Position numbers and translations under genes: made by a program. This document shows positions 15,352 to 24,000 of a DNA stretch of 24,000 bases, one piece after another (the first letter of the stretch is position 1; every line of letters starts with the position of its first letter). The stretch comes from Shouchella oshimensis (GTDB taxonomy: Bacteria > Bacillota > Bacilli > Bacillales > Bacillaceae_D). Where the stretch lies: NCBI RefSeq assembly GCF_002019765.1, contig NZ_KV917380.1, positions 2,866,792 to 2,890,791 on the forward strand, given 5' to 3'. The notes under the pieces are model-generated. The model was given only the letters and a program-made list of their open reading frames with translations. It ran no database searches and was not told the origin of the DNA.

Positions 15352-15693
15352 CTATTCAAGTTCCCGTTGCTTTTTTAATGCTTTAATTTCGTCTGCTGCT
15401 TCCTTTGCTGCATGAATTGCTTCTTCAGAGGTTTCTCTAATATGGACAGCTTTTTCTGTAATTGCTCGAACATCATTAGCAACATCTTTCCAAAGAAGAT
15501 TTACGCCTTCAATCGTCTCTTTTGCTTGAGAAACCATTTCTTCCCGATTATCACGTAAGAATGTATACGCCTCTTGCGCTTGCTTACAAGCAAGCTTTGA
15601 TTCTATGCATACTCGCTCCCGCCATTCTTTTTTAGACGCTACTGCAACAACAACTGCTGTTACAAGAATGAAACCCCATTTACGCTTTTCCAT
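15352..15693 (-). CDS. YtxH-like general-stress-type protein: N-terminal TM anchor plus long amphipathic helices
   Basis: Start re-set to ATG 15693 (MEKRKWGFILVTAVVVAVA...), 9 nt after AGGAGG. Helical, Glu/Lys/Ala-rich remainder. Confidence 0.6.
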   Translation of the reverse strand: MEKRKWGFILVTAVVVAVASKKEWRERVCIESKLACKQAQEAYTFLRDNREEMVSQAKETIEGVNLLWKDVANDVRAITEKAVHIRETSEEAIHAAKEAADEIKALKKQRELE

Positions 15694-15731
15694 TATCTTC
15701 ATCCTCCTAAGCACTAACTTGTTCTACTATC

Positions 15732-15761
15732 ATTTTAAAACAATTTTCGACGCTTTTGCAA
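15732..15761 (-). promoter_or_regulatory. Candidate sigma-A promoter of the YtxH-like gene
   Basis: Minus strand reads TTGCAA, then an 18-nt spacer, then TAAAAT, about 35 nt upstream of the SD. Confidence 0.4.
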
Positions 15762-15770
15762 AGAAGAATG

Positions 15771-15800
15771 AAAAAACTGTCAGCGAAATTTCGCTGACAG
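15771..15800 (-). terminator. Rho-independent terminator of the 48-aa gene
   Basis: Perfect 24-nt palindrome CTGTCAGCGAAA|TTTCGCTGACAG, followed on the minus strand by T6, 2 nt after the stop. Confidence 0.85.
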
Positions 15801-15802
15801 GG

Positions 15803-15949
15803 TTAATTGTATGTCTGCACCAGTGATTTATCCGTTTCTAATTGTTCAAAATTTGGATAGGATTTTTGCTTAAGTTCATTCATTTCCTTTGAAAGCGCAT
15901 GTATCTTGGCCTCTAAACTTTCCATACGTTGACGATCTTTTTCTGTCAT
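15803..15949 (-). CDS. Small 48-aa coiled-coil protein, hypothetical
   Basis: Start re-set to ATG 15949 (MTEKDRQRMESLEAKIHALSKEMNELKQK...), 7 nt after GGAGGGG. The N-terminal 45 aa in the ORF track have no SD and read like translated noncoding sequence. Confidence 0.5.
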   Translation of the reverse strand: MTEKDRQRMESLEAKIHALSKEMNELKQKSYPNFEQLETDKSLVQTYN

Positions 15950-16101
15950 TAAGCTTCCCCTCCATTTTTTAACGTACCCATATTTTCTTTTATATATGCA
16001 GAATAGTTTACCAAATGTACACCCTACGTGTAAAGTGTATCTCTTAAAAATACACAAACTTTTTTTAGTGACTTTTTTCGACATAAATCTTCTTTATCGA
16101 A

Positions 16102-16116
16102 AATTTGTAACAAATT
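16102..16116. promoter_or_regulatory. Perfect 7-1-7 inverted repeat, candidate operator in the divergent intergenic region
   Basis: AATTTGT-A-ACAAATT lies 34 nt upstream of the fbpB-like start. The geometry is that of Fur-family 7-1-7 boxes, but the sequence is not the Fur consensus. Confidence 0.3.
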
Positions 16117-16149
16117 CCCCTTGCATATACAAATAGAGGTGATATACTG

Positions 16150-16353
16150 ATGTTAGGAAATATTCAGAAAAAGGTGATGGATTTGCGCAGAAGACATTCT
16201 GTTCGTTATGAAGACTTAATGGCTAGAAATCGGGATGAATTATTGAAAGATGCAGACGCACTTTCAAAAATAGACGACAAGTTATACGAACGTGCTCTTA
16301 AAAAGAATCGAGCTTCAGTAGACAATACTTCTAACAAGTCACGTCGTTACTAA
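16150..16353 (+). CDS. FbpB-like small basic protein (Fur-regulated basic protein family, tentative)
   Basis: RRRHSVRYEDLMARNRDELLKDADALSKIDDKLYERALKK resembles the FbpB pattern (basic N-terminus, F..L...N..ELL....L..IE..L). SD GAGGTG lies 8 nt before the ATG. Confidence 0.5.
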   Translation: MLGNIQKKVMDLRRRHSVRYEDLMARNRDELLKDADALSKIDDKLYERALKKNRASVDNTSNKSRRY

Positions 16354-16358
16354 ATACG

Positions 16359-16415
16359 AACTCTTTCTCGTTCTACTCACTCTTAGTAGTGAATGAACTT
16401 GAGAGAGTTTTTTTT
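16359..16415 (+). terminator. Rho-independent terminator after the fbpB-like gene
   Basis: AACTCTTTC...GAGAGAGTT gives 9 bp including one G-U pair, with an inner CTACT/AGTAG stem, followed by T8. Confidence 0.8.
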
Positions 16416-16474
16416 GTATATTTTCTTTTCACCTGCACAAATTACCTCTTAAACAAAGTGAAAAGAGGATTCAC

Positions 16475-17815
16475 ATGGATAATGTCTTACTTTCAAGAAT
16501 GCTATTCGGTACGTCAATGGCATTTCACATCATTTTCGCCACCCTAACCGTTGGTATATCACTCATGATTTTTTTTGGTGAACTAATGCGGGTTATTCGT
16601 AAAGATAACGACTATGCTGTTTTAGCAAAACGCTTGACAAAAGGCTTAGCGATTTTACTGGGAGTGGCTATCCCAACAGGTACGATTGTTGCGGTCATGC
16701 TCTCGCTCCTCTGGCCTGGGTTTATGGAAATCGTTGGTCAGGTCATTGCACTACCATTCCAAATTGAAATTTTTGCGTTTTTCCTTGAATCCTTATTTTT
16801 AGCGATATATGTCTATGCCGCTGACCGGCTCACAACACCTATGCGCATAGTTAGCTCGTTTTTTATAGCCTTTGGCGCGGTTGCTTCAGCTGTTCTTATT
16901 ACAAGCGCTCATGCATGGATGAACACACCTGAAGGTTTCGACATCGTAGACGGAGCGATAACGAATGTTAGTCCGCTTTCTGCGGCATTATCCACCAGTT
17001 TTTGGGCGACGTCTTTACATGTTGTTAGCACCGCTTATATGACAGGTGCATTTGTGCTCGTCGCTGTTGCGGCTTATAAATTAATGAAACCCTCTATTAC
17101 CCAAGCTGAGCGTCGCTACCATCATAAAGGAATGCTTCTAGCGCTCGTCTTCGGATTAGGAATGTCATTATGGACTGGTTTAACAGGTCATGACACTACA
17201 GTAATGCTCTATGAGGAAATTCCGATTAAACTCGCTGCTGCTGAAGGATTATTTGAAACGCAGTCAAATGCTCCCTTAACCTTATTCGGGGTCCCAAGTC
17301 CTGAGGAAAATGAGGTAATCGGTGGAATTGAAATACCAGGACTATTAAGCTGGTTGGCTACTTACTCAACAGACGGCGTCATACAAGGTTTAAATGATTT
17401 TCCACAAGATGACTGGCCACCCCTTATCGTCCACACTTTATTTAATGTCATGGTCTTTATTGGTGGAGGGTTAATCGCCATATCGGCTGGTGGATTATTG
17501 TATTGGTTTATAAAACGGAAAACGGAGAACTTTGCGTTTCCGAAGTGGATTTTAGCTGCGTTTGTAGCCTCTGGACCACTTGCAATGATTGGGATTGAGA
17601 CTGGCTGGATTTTCAGCTGCACTGGTAGGCAACCATGGACCATTTTCAACATTCAACGAACATCTGAAGCCGCTACCACTTCAGGAAACTTAGGAATCAT
17701 TTTCTTCTTTTTCGCTGTACTCTACGCGGTTCTCTTAGTCATCACAAGTCTTGTTCTTTATTTCTATTTTAAACGTAATCCGCTTGCACAAGACATGAAT
17801 GCGATTGGATCATAA
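16475..17815 (+). CDS. cydA: Cytochrome bd-type quinol oxidase subunit I
   Basis: 446-aa polytopic protein. The N-terminal LSRMLFGTSMAFHIIFATLTVG is typical of CydA/YthA. SD GAGGA precedes the ATG. Confidence 0.9.
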   Translation: MDNVLLSRMLFGTSMAFHIIFATLTVGISLMIFFGELMRVIRKDNDYAVLAKRLTKGLAILLGVAIPTGTIVAVMLSLLWPGFMEIVGQVIALPFQIEIFAFFLESLFLAIYVYAADRLTTPMRIVSSFFIAFGAVASAVLITSAHAWMNTPEGFDIVDGAITNVSPLSAALSTSFWATSLHVVSTAYMTGAFVLVAVAAYKLMKPSITQAERRYHHKGMLLALVFGLGMSLWTGLTGHDTTVMLYEEIPIKLAAAEGLFETQSNAPLTLFGVPSPEENEVIGGIEIPGLLSWLATYSTDGVIQGLNDFPQDDWPPLIVHTLFNVMVFIGGGLIAISAGGLLYWFIKRKTENFAFPKWILAAFVASGPLAMIGIETGWIFSCTGRQPWTIFNIQRTSEAATTSGNLGIIFFFFAVLYAVLLVITSLVLYFYFKRNPLAQDMNAIGS

Positions 17816-17827
17816 GGAGGTTAGCGA

Positions 17828-18865
17828 ATGGAATCCGTATATGTTGGTATTTTATTAATCTGGATCCTATTATTTATTTACGCAGTGGCAGGTTCAATTG
17901 ATTTTGGAACCGGTTTTTGGGCAATGTATTATGAACGAAAAAATAATGTTCAAGCTTCGCGTATTGCCAATAACTTTTTGTCACCAGCGTGGAAAGTGAC
18001 GAACGTGTTTCTTGTTTTACTCGTTGTCGCCTTCGTTGCTTTATTTCCTGGTGCTGCTCCTACACTAGGCACATTAATGATTGTGCCACTCTGTCTAGTG
18101 TTGCTACTCTTAACCATTCGAAGTGCGTTTATGGTTTACGCTTTCAGTACCGAAAAGTATTCAAGGGTGCTTACACTTGTTTCCGGCGTTTGCGGACTCA
18201 TTATTCCCGCTATCTTAATAAGCATTTTACCAGCCGCGATTGGTGGCTTCGTAACAGTTGCAGGGGACCAACAATACATTCTACTAGATGGCCTTCTGCT
18301 GAGCCCTGCATTCTATACCCATATTGGCTTTGGCTTAATGACTGAGCTTTTTATTTCTTCTCTCTTTATGGCAGATTACGCTAAAGAGGCAGGGGATTTT
18401 GATACTGCTCAAACGTATCGAAGAAACGCCTTAATCCTCGGACCACTCACACTGGTTATTGCTATCGCAGCGATTTTCACGCTTATTCCAGAAGCGCCGT
18501 GGATGTTTGATAATTTTATGGACCTATGGGGATGGTATACAGCCTCTTTATTTGCTTTCGCCATTGGTTATAGTGCTTTATGGTGGCCATCAAAAAACAA
18601 AGAATTGGGGCAGCCGCGGATGGCACTTTTGTTCACCGTCATTCAGTTTGGTCTTGCCAGTTTAGCTTATGGGATGGCGCACTTGCCTTATCTGTTATAT
18701 CCAGACGTAACGATCTACAATTCTTTCACGAACGAAACCATGTTCCACTATTTATTAATTGGCTTCATTATCGGCCTCGCCATTTTAATACCTGTTTTTA
18801 TATGGTTCTGGCGCTTGTTTTTTAAAGATAAGGCGTATTTACAAAGCGATGGTCACGACTATTAG
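17828..18865 (+). CDS. cydB: Cytochrome bd-type quinol oxidase subunit II
   Basis: 345-aa polytopic protein starting 12 nt after cydA, with SD AAGGAGG 7 nt upstream. The GSIDFGTGFW motif is typical of CydB/YthB. Confidence 0.9.
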   Translation: MESVYVGILLIWILLFIYAVAGSIDFGTGFWAMYYERKNNVQASRIANNFLSPAWKVTNVFLVLLVVAFVALFPGAAPTLGTLMIVPLCLVLLLLTIRSAFMVYAFSTEKYSRVLTLVSGVCGLIIPAILISILPAAIGGFVTVAGDQQYILLDGLLLSPAFYTHIGFGLMTELFISSLFMADYAKEAGDFDTAQTYRRNALILGPLTLVIAIAAIFTLIPEAPWMFDNFMDLWGWYTASLFAFAIGYSALWWPSKNKELGQPRMALLFTVIQFGLASLAYGMAHLPYLLYPDVTIYNSFTNETMFHYLLIGFIIGLAILIPVFIWFWRLFFKDKAYLQSDGHDY

Positions 18866-18873
18866 ACAATAAG

Positions 18874-18906
18874 AAAAGAAGCACTCTTTAGAGGAGGCTT
18901 CTTTTT
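18874..18906. terminator. Bidirectional terminator between cydB and the lipoprotein gene
   Basis: AAAAGAAGC-n14-GCTTCTTTT followed by TA. Confidence 0.7.
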
Positions 18907-18909
18907 ATA

Positions 18910-19809
18910 CTATCGTTCATCAATTACTGGATATTGACTACTATAGCTTATTTGAAAATCTGCTTCAGTTAGTTCTACATCTGAATCGAACATGGTCAGT
19001 CGAGAAACCGTTCCATTATAGCCTGCGAAAAATTCATTTTGTCGGATTTGAATGCCGGTTTCTGTATCGAACCACAGGTTAATTTCTGTGTCTCCCTTTT
19101 CTGTTTCAGCAAAGATATGGTACGCCTCATAGCCCTCTGTTTCAAAAATCCCTCTGTAACTCAGCTGATAGGGCGCAGTTTGATTGGTAAATTCATGAAG
19201 GTCTCGGATGGAGATTGTTGGAACGAATTCATCAGAAGCTGTTTGCAAAGTCACTTGATCTTCACCTTCAATATAGAGAGTCCTAGCTTCTGGCGTTTGG
19301 GCCTCATATACCGTAGATGCGTCATTCTCCTCTAATTCTACACCGGAATCCTCTCGATAAAAATAGTCTGGTCCGTTTTCGTTTTCCATATATTTAATGA
19401 GCGTAAACCCCTTCGCTTCCATCACCGATCCATCCTCTGCTACATCATGATGCTGCCACTCAAGTGAATAAGATGAAAATTGGGTTTCAGCCTCAATCGC
19501 TCGATTAATGATGTCTACTGGATTTAAAACGTCTTCTTCATCAATGGCTTCGTCTTTTTCCTCTTCCTCCGAAGGCTGGTCCTCTTCATCCTTTTCTTTC
19601 TCATCATCTGAAGAGTCATCAAGCTCATGATCCGTTTCGGTCTCTTCTTCTCCCACTTCAGTTTCAACTTGATCCTCTTGATGTTGACCGTTCTCTACTT
19701 GTTCATTGGCACCCTCATCAACCTGCTCTGTCTCTGTAGGTTCTCGATCTTCAGCACAAGCCGTGAGCATCATTGCACTGCATAAAAGGAAAAACGACGC
19801 TTTTTTCAC
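18910..19809 (-). CDS. Lipoprotein with a highly acidic low-complexity linker and a C-terminal beta-rich domain
   Basis: Start re-set to GTG 19809 ((M)KKASFFLLCSAMMLTAC, with lipobox LTAC), 8 nt after GGGG; ATG 19827 and ATG 19851 are alternatives. About 80 aa of D/E-rich linker (EEETETDHELDDSSDDEKEKDEEDQPSEEEEKDE). Confidence 0.7.
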   Translation of the reverse strand: MKKASFFLLCSAMMLTACAEDREPTETEQVDEGANEQVENGQHQEDQVETEVGEEETETDHELDDSSDDEKEKDEEDQPSEEEEKDEAIDEEDVLNPVDIINRAIEAETQFSSYSLEWQHHDVAEDGSVMEAKGFTLIKYMENENGPDYFYREDSGVELEENDASTVYEAQTPEARTLYIEGEDQVTLQTASDEFVPTISIRDLHEFTNQTAPYQLSYRGIFETEGYEAYHIFAETEKGDTEINLWFDTETGIQIRQNEFFAGYNGTVSRLTMFDSDVELTEADFQISYSSQYPVIDER

Positions 19810-20128
19810 CTTTATTGCCCCTTTCATTCTAAAAACAACAGAACTTCTCATTATTTATAATGTATGCGGTCATACATCACACATACGATATTCATTAAGC
19901 GCATACAAATTAGCACGGCAAAGGGAAAATAAGACACTTCCCTTATTTTATAACTAAGATACACTGAAACCTCTACCTTTGTCAGTGGTTATTTCACTTT
20001 TTTATTCTTTTACTAAATCTATCCCATCAATAACGATCGGGTTGATCATTTAGAGAATTCTACATTACAGTCAAACTTCCCTATTTGAATAGAGCTAAAC
20101 ATCATACTACCTTTTTTCAATCATCTAT

Positions 20129-20160
20129 AAAAAAAACGTACAGCTCGCATGGCTGTACGT
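20129..20160 (-). terminator. Rho-independent terminator of the M3 peptidase gene
   Basis: Minus strand reads ACGTACAGC-n7-GCTGTACGT followed by T8. Confidence 0.85.
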
Positions 20161-20169
20161 TGGCGATTA

Positions 20170-21933
20170 TTAAAATTTGCGAATATCCTCTAACACTACA
20201 TCAATAGCCTCTTGCCAGAAGTCAGGTTTTGTTAAGTCTACATTCAAATGTTTCTCTGCTAATGCTTCAACACTCATACTGCCGCTATCTTGGAGCAAGG
20301 AGATATACGCACTTTCAAAGGATGTTTCAGACTTTAAAGCGCGCGCATAGATTCCCATACTAAACAAATATCCGAATGTATATGGGAAGTTATAAAATGG
20401 CTGCCCAGTAATGTGGAAGTGTAGTTTTGATGCCCAAAAATAAGGATCGTAAGAAGATAATTTATCACCATATGCCTCTTTTTGAGCATCTACCATTAGC
20501 TCATTCAAACGCTCTGTTGGTACCATACCGTTTTTACGCTCTTCATAGAACCGTGTCTCAAATAAGAACCGCGAATGAATATTCATAAAGAAAGCAAGAG
20601 AACGGGACAGTTTATTTTCTAGCAACATCTTTTTTACATCTGAGCTCTCGGCTTCGTCAACAAGAGCGTCTGCTACAATCATTTCTGCAAACGTTGAAGC
20701 TGTCTCGGCAATACTCATCGGATATTGCTTTTGTGATTGTACGTCATTGTCTTTTAAACACCAGCTGTGATAAGCATGTCCTAATTCATGGGCAAGGGTA
20801 GCAACATTCGACATCGATCCGTCATACGTCATGAAAATACGTGTTTCTTTATTCATTGGGAAGTTCGTACAAAAGCCTCCTGGACGCTTTCCAGAACGAT
20901 TTTCTGCTTCTACCCAACCTTCACGCAGTGCCATTTCTGCGAACTCAGCCATTTTTGGACTAAACCGGTTGAAATGTTTAATAATTAAGTGACACGCTTC
21001 TTCATATGGAATGGTATTTTTTGACGCATCTTCGAGTGGAAGTGGCGCACCTACATCATGAATCGATAACTGATCCACACCGAGTAATGTTGCTTTTTTA
21101 TCCATGTACGCATAGAATTCAGGTTTATTTTTTGTAATGGTCGCCCACATTGTATTTAAAGTGTCTTCCGTCATACCGTTAAGCTCTAGTGGTTCTTTTA
21201 AAACATTTTCCCACCCACGCTCTTCATAAAGCTTTAAGCGAAAGCCCGCTAAACGGTTTAACGTCTGCGTAAACAATGGTGCCTGCTCTTCCCAAGCATG
21301 TAAAGCAGCCTCTGATGCTCGTTCTCGAACTTGTCGGTCTGTACTTCCTAAGCGATTATGTAGTTGACCTGCTGACAACATCTTTGTTTCCCCATCTTCT
21401 TCAAACGGGATAACCATTCGTCCGACAGCTTCATTGTAAACGGAACCCCATGCATGGTAGCCATCTTTAGCCAGTTTTGTGGCTAATTCTTCTTTTTCTG
21501 TATTCATTTTATCTAAAGCGTGTGAACGTGTTTTCTTTAAAAGATAAGCAGACGGCTTCACTTGCTCATTTGTAAGCAGTTGATTGAATGCGTCATCTGA
21601 CATACTTCGCAATTCTTCCTCTAAAAATAAATAAAGCTTTTGCGCTTTCACTTTTTGTTCTTGAACGTTTTCTGCTAGAAGCAATGCCTGTTTATCATTT
21701 ACATCTTGAGCAGCTAAGCATGAAACAAATGCAGCCGTTTGCCAAAGTCTTGGGCTAATTGATTCTATAGCTTGGACTAGTGCTTCCACCTCAACAGACG
21801 ATTGATCTACCCATTGATCTAATTGCTTGTTTGTTTCGTTGAAGAATTCTGTGAATTCATTTGAATCGCTTCCGCCTTCAAAAATTGAATGTAGATCCCA
21901 CGTAATTGGAAAGTGAACAGTTTCTTTCATCAT
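20170..21933 (-). CDS. M3 family oligoendopeptidase (PepF-like zinc metallopeptidase)
   Basis: HELGHAYH is an HExxH zinc motif, with a downstream E (IAETASTFAE). The 587-aa length is typical of the pepF/M3 subfamily. The start is probably the second ATG (21930) given SD spacing. Confidence 0.9.
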   Translation of the reverse strand: MMKETVHFPITWDLHSIFEGGSDSNEFTEFFNETNKQLDQWVDQSSVEVEALVQAIESISPRLWQTAAFVSCLAAQDVNDKQALLLAENVQEQKVKAQKLYLFLEEELRSMSDDAFNQLLTNEQVKPSAYLLKKTRSHALDKMNTEKEELATKLAKDGYHAWGSVYNEAVGRMVIPFEEDGETKMLSAGQLHNRLGSTDRQVRERASEAALHAWEEQAPLFTQTLNRLAGFRLKLYEERGWENVLKEPLELNGMTEDTLNTMWATITKNKPEFYAYMDKKATLLGVDQLSIHDVGAPLPLEDASKNTIPYEEACHLIIKHFNRFSPKMAEFAEMALREGWVEAENRSGKRPGGFCTNFPMNKETRIFMTYDGSMSNVATLAHELGHAYHSWCLKDNDVQSQKQYPMSIAETASTFAEMIVADALVDEAESSDVKKMLLENKLSRSLAFFMNIHSRFLFETRFYEERKNGMVPTERLNELMVDAQKEAYGDKLSSYDPYFWASKLHFHITGQPFYNFPYTFGYLFSMGIYARALKSETSFESAYISLLQDSGSMSVEALAEKHLNVDLTKPDFWQEAIDVVLEDIRKF

Positions 21934-22111
21934 ATCCTCCTCAAAAAAACGGTTTTATTTCGTATTCCGTAATATCGTACCATTAATAGTTTAGATTTGC
22001 ACGTTATAGTTAAAAGAACAAACTTGAAATCATAAACAAAACAGTTAAAGCACTTACGATTAGTAACACTTTCTCCTGCTTACAATACCTTGTCCACCAA
22101 TTCAACATAAT

Positions 22112-22153
22112 AAAAGCCCCCTCTGTTCTCACTTAATCGTATGAGAGCAGAGG
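22112..22153 (-). terminator. Probable terminator of the amidohydrolase operon
   Basis: Minus strand reads CCTCTGCTCTCA-n10-TGAGAACAGAGG (11 of 12 bp), followed by GGGCTTTTATTA. Confidence 0.6.
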
Positions 22154-22164
22154 CAGGCTTATGC

Positions 22165-23019
22165 TTATATCAATGCATGTAATTTCGGAAATACGTGAAG
22201 CGCAGTATCGTGAAAGAATGCCTCATGGTGCTTTTCTGGAATAATCCCACCTAACCATTCTGCGTATGGCTTAATGGGGACAAGCGGCCAATCGGTACCA
22301 AACATGTAACGATCATAAGCATCCCCATAAATAAGCGCATGTTTAAAATGATCAAAGTACGAATTATCTTTTCTCATATGCTGCGCTACTTTATCAGCTG
22401 TCCCCACGATTAGACCAGATAAGTCCGCATACACATTGCGGTTCTTATACATTACTTCTGCCGCCGTTAAACACCACGGATCTCCTAAATGAGCCATAAC
22501 AAATGTAACATCTCGATGTTTTACAGCTACCTCATCAATCGTTAAAGGATGTGCATATTTTAATATCGCTCCTTCTGCATACGTATCACCAGTGTGAAAT
22601 ACAACTGGAACACGATGCTTCTTTGCAAGTTCATATACAGGCTGATACACCTCATCAAATGCGTAATATGGGTAATAGCCTAAATAAATTTTCACCCCAA
22701 CAAATTCTCTTTCTTCTAGTAGAGCATCTAGCTTTTCAACTGATTCCTTTGAAAAACGAAAGGGGTTTATCCCGATACATATGCCCATTGTTTTAGGTCG
22801 ATCAGGCAAGTTTAACCCCATTAAATCGGGAGCTGAATGATCGGGGAAAGCACCTGTAACACTTTCTTCCACACCCATACCTACTGTTGCAATAACATTC
22901 GCATCTTCACATTCTCGCTCAATCCCTTTATGGTCATAAGCCAGCATGCTTGCATCGACTGCTGTTCGTTGGAAGGTGTGAATTCTTGAAAAATGAACAT
23001 GTGCATCAATGATTTTCAA
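22165..23019 (-). CDS. Amidohydrolase-2 (TIM-barrel metal-dependent hydrolase) family protein
   Basis: MKIIDAHVHF is the N-terminal HxH metal motif. Later His and Asp residues (FHTGD, MAHLG, GTDWP) fit the family. TTG start 11 nt after AAGGAGG, which is embedded in the end of the upstream gene, suggesting translational coupling. Confidence 0.85.
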   Translation of the reverse strand: MKIIDAHVHFSRIHTFQRTAVDASMLAYDHKGIERECEDANVIATVGMGVEESVTGAFPDHSAPDLMGLNLPDRPKTMGICIGINPFRFSKESVEKLDALLEEREFVGVKIYLGYYPYYAFDEVYQPVYELAKKHRVPVVFHTGDTYAEGAILKYAHPLTIDEVAVKHRDVTFVMAHLGDPWCLTAAEVMYKNRNVYADLSGLIVGTADKVAQHMRKDNSYFDHFKHALIYGDAYDRYMFGTDWPLVPIKPYAEWLGGIIPEKHHEAFFHDTALHVFPKLHALI

Positions 23020-23025
23020 CGGTCG

Positions 23026-24000
23026 TTATTCCTCCTTAAATTGCAATGAACTTAACCATTCCCATCCTTCTGCTCGCGCTAAACCTTTTGCCCATACAAA
23101 ACTATGTGGCTGCGAAACAGCGGGTCCATGCCAGTCAATGGTTTCTCTACTCATGTACGAAAATACATCTTTATTCTCATAAAATTCTGGTTTGCGCTGG
23201 TGCTTCGGTCTAGCTAAAAGAAGCGTCTCATCCGTCTCTTCACAATAGAGGCGCGCTACTTTTTCTAATTGATTTCCAGCAAAAGTTTGTGTCCTTTCTC
23301 CTAATTGAAACGAAAGCTGATTCGAGTCGGTAGGGTAAAGGAATAATTGATCACGATTAAAAAAACATCCCATTAACCATTCTTGCTCATCGATTCGATC
23401 CTGTCTATCTTCCAGTTCTGTATAATGTGTCAGCAACATACAGCCTGGCAACGTAAGAAAATATTGGCTAATCGTGGCATTTTTCCAAATTGGATGATCT
23501 GAAAAGGTTATTGATATTCTAATCCCCGTCCACTTTTGATTCCAATTATCCACTCTCGTCACAAAGTTTGTCTGACGTTTTTGTTCATATACCGTTCTCA
23601 ATTGTAGATTAGCAGGTATAGTCATTAAGCCGCCACCCCATGGATTCCACCAACTTTTTGCACCTGCTGTAGGGAAAGAGTGATGAAGCCACTCTCTTTT
23701 CGTCTTAATCGAATACAACGACGGATAAAACGAATTGGCAGCTTTAAATGTGAAAACACCATTATCAACAAGATGAACATCTACACCATTCTCCTGCACT
23801 ATTTGTGTCGTGACAGTCTTCTCCCCAACATATAGCGCTTGCAAATAATGAGTAGATCGGATGGATTTACCTTGAACAGTAACGGCAAGTGTCGTTACTG
23901 GTTGGTCTGGTTGGTTTAACTTATGCTGAATGGTTTCTGTGCCCTTCATCGGCTCATACGGATAAGTAACAGATTTGTCATCAACGATTGTAATAATCCC
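23026..24000 (-). CDS. Hypothetical protein, 5' end outside the window, family not recognised
   Basis: The frame stays open upstream of the ORF-track Met at 23949 to the window edge (GIITIVDDKSVTYPYEPMKG...). Contains a Trp/Gly-rich motif SWWNPWGGGL. Its stop lies 6 nt before the amidohydrolase start. Confidence 0.7.
   Translation of the reverse strand, partial: GIITIVDDKSVTYPYEPMKGTETIQHKLNQPDQPVTTLAVTVQGKSIRSTHYLQALYVGEKTVTTQIVQENGVDVHLVDNGVFTFKAANSFYPSLYSIKTKREWLHHSFPTAGAKSWWNPWGGGLMTIPANLQLRTVYEQKRQTNFVTRVDNWNQKWTGIRISITFSDHPIWKNATISQYFLTLPGCMLLTHYTELEDRQDRIDEQEWLMGCFFNRDQLFLYPTDSNQLSFQLGERTQTFAGNQLEKVARLYCEETDETLLLARPKHQRKPEFYENKDVFSYMSRETIDWHGPAVSQPHSFVWAKGLARAEGWEWLSSLQFKEE

Noticed and set aside
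16085-16149. Fur box expected upstream of an FbpB-like gene
   Set aside because: No TGATAAT-N-ATTATCA-like sequence is present. Only the unrelated 7-1-7 palindrome is, and that is reported separately.
16458-16474. GTGAA-N7-TTCAC inverted repeat over the cydA SD, considered as a Rex operator
   Set aside because: Rex boxes as I recall them have TTGTGAA-N4-TTCACAA spacing. Here the spacer is 7 nt and the flanking TT/AA are missing. As an RNA hairpin it has only 5 bp, so it is probably coincidental.
16475-18865. cydAB without adjacent cydCD assembly-transporter genes, considered as an anomaly
   Set aside because: B. subtilis ythAB-type bd oxidase loci also lack cydCD next to them, so this is ordinary.
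1-24000. Scan for tRNA, rRNA, CRISPR repeats, transposase or integrase genes, and long tandem repeats
   Set aside because: I could see none by eye. There are no regularly spaced direct repeats, no cloverleaf-like GTTCGAATC-type T-arm motifs in the intergenic regions, and no ORF with recombinase motifs.

Overview
Chromosomal window from a low-GC, spore-forming Firmicute. Gene content and order resemble the B. subtilis yfhF, yfjO-pdaA-yfkAB-yfkD and ythAB neighbourhoods. Most of the window is core housekeeping: a YfhF-like epimerase, RlmD-type rRNA methyltransferase, PdaA, a DUF368 membrane protein, a CNNM/CorC-type transporter, a histidine phosphatase, radical-SAM YfkAB, a YfkD-like protein, cytochrome bd CydAB, an M3 oligoendopeptidase and an amidohydrolase operon. 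Most transcription units end in clear rho-independent hairpins. Between the YfhF-like gene and rlmD (about 0.9-6.6 kb) lies a visibly more AT-rich accessory islet with no integrase, recombinase, repressor or capsid genes. It carries (i) an AimR-family HTH/TPR receptor followed 26 nt later by an ORF absent from the ORF track, encoding a 40-44 codon secreted pro-peptide, i.e. an arbitrium-like peptide-communication pair; (ii) a zinc-ribbon/SHOCT protein; (iii) an orphan phage tail-fibre-like protein combining a phosphodiester-glycosidase (NAGPA, DGGGS motif) domain with a pyocin-knob-like C-terminus; and (iv) two or three tiny 2-TM proteins with basic tails. This orphan arbitrium-like module and its unusual output region are my top candidate for something new. 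A second candidate is a roughly 290-nt leader upstream of the CNNM transporter, with a sigma-A promoter, a terminator-like hairpin and a three-part SD / anti-SD / anti-anti-SD arrangement that I cannot assign to any riboswitch class from memory. I saw no rRNA, tRNA, CRISPR array or transposase. Several ORF-track starts look over-extended and were re-set using Shine-Dalgarno (SD) spacing. All family assignments come from reading the translated sequences and from motif memory, not from database searches.
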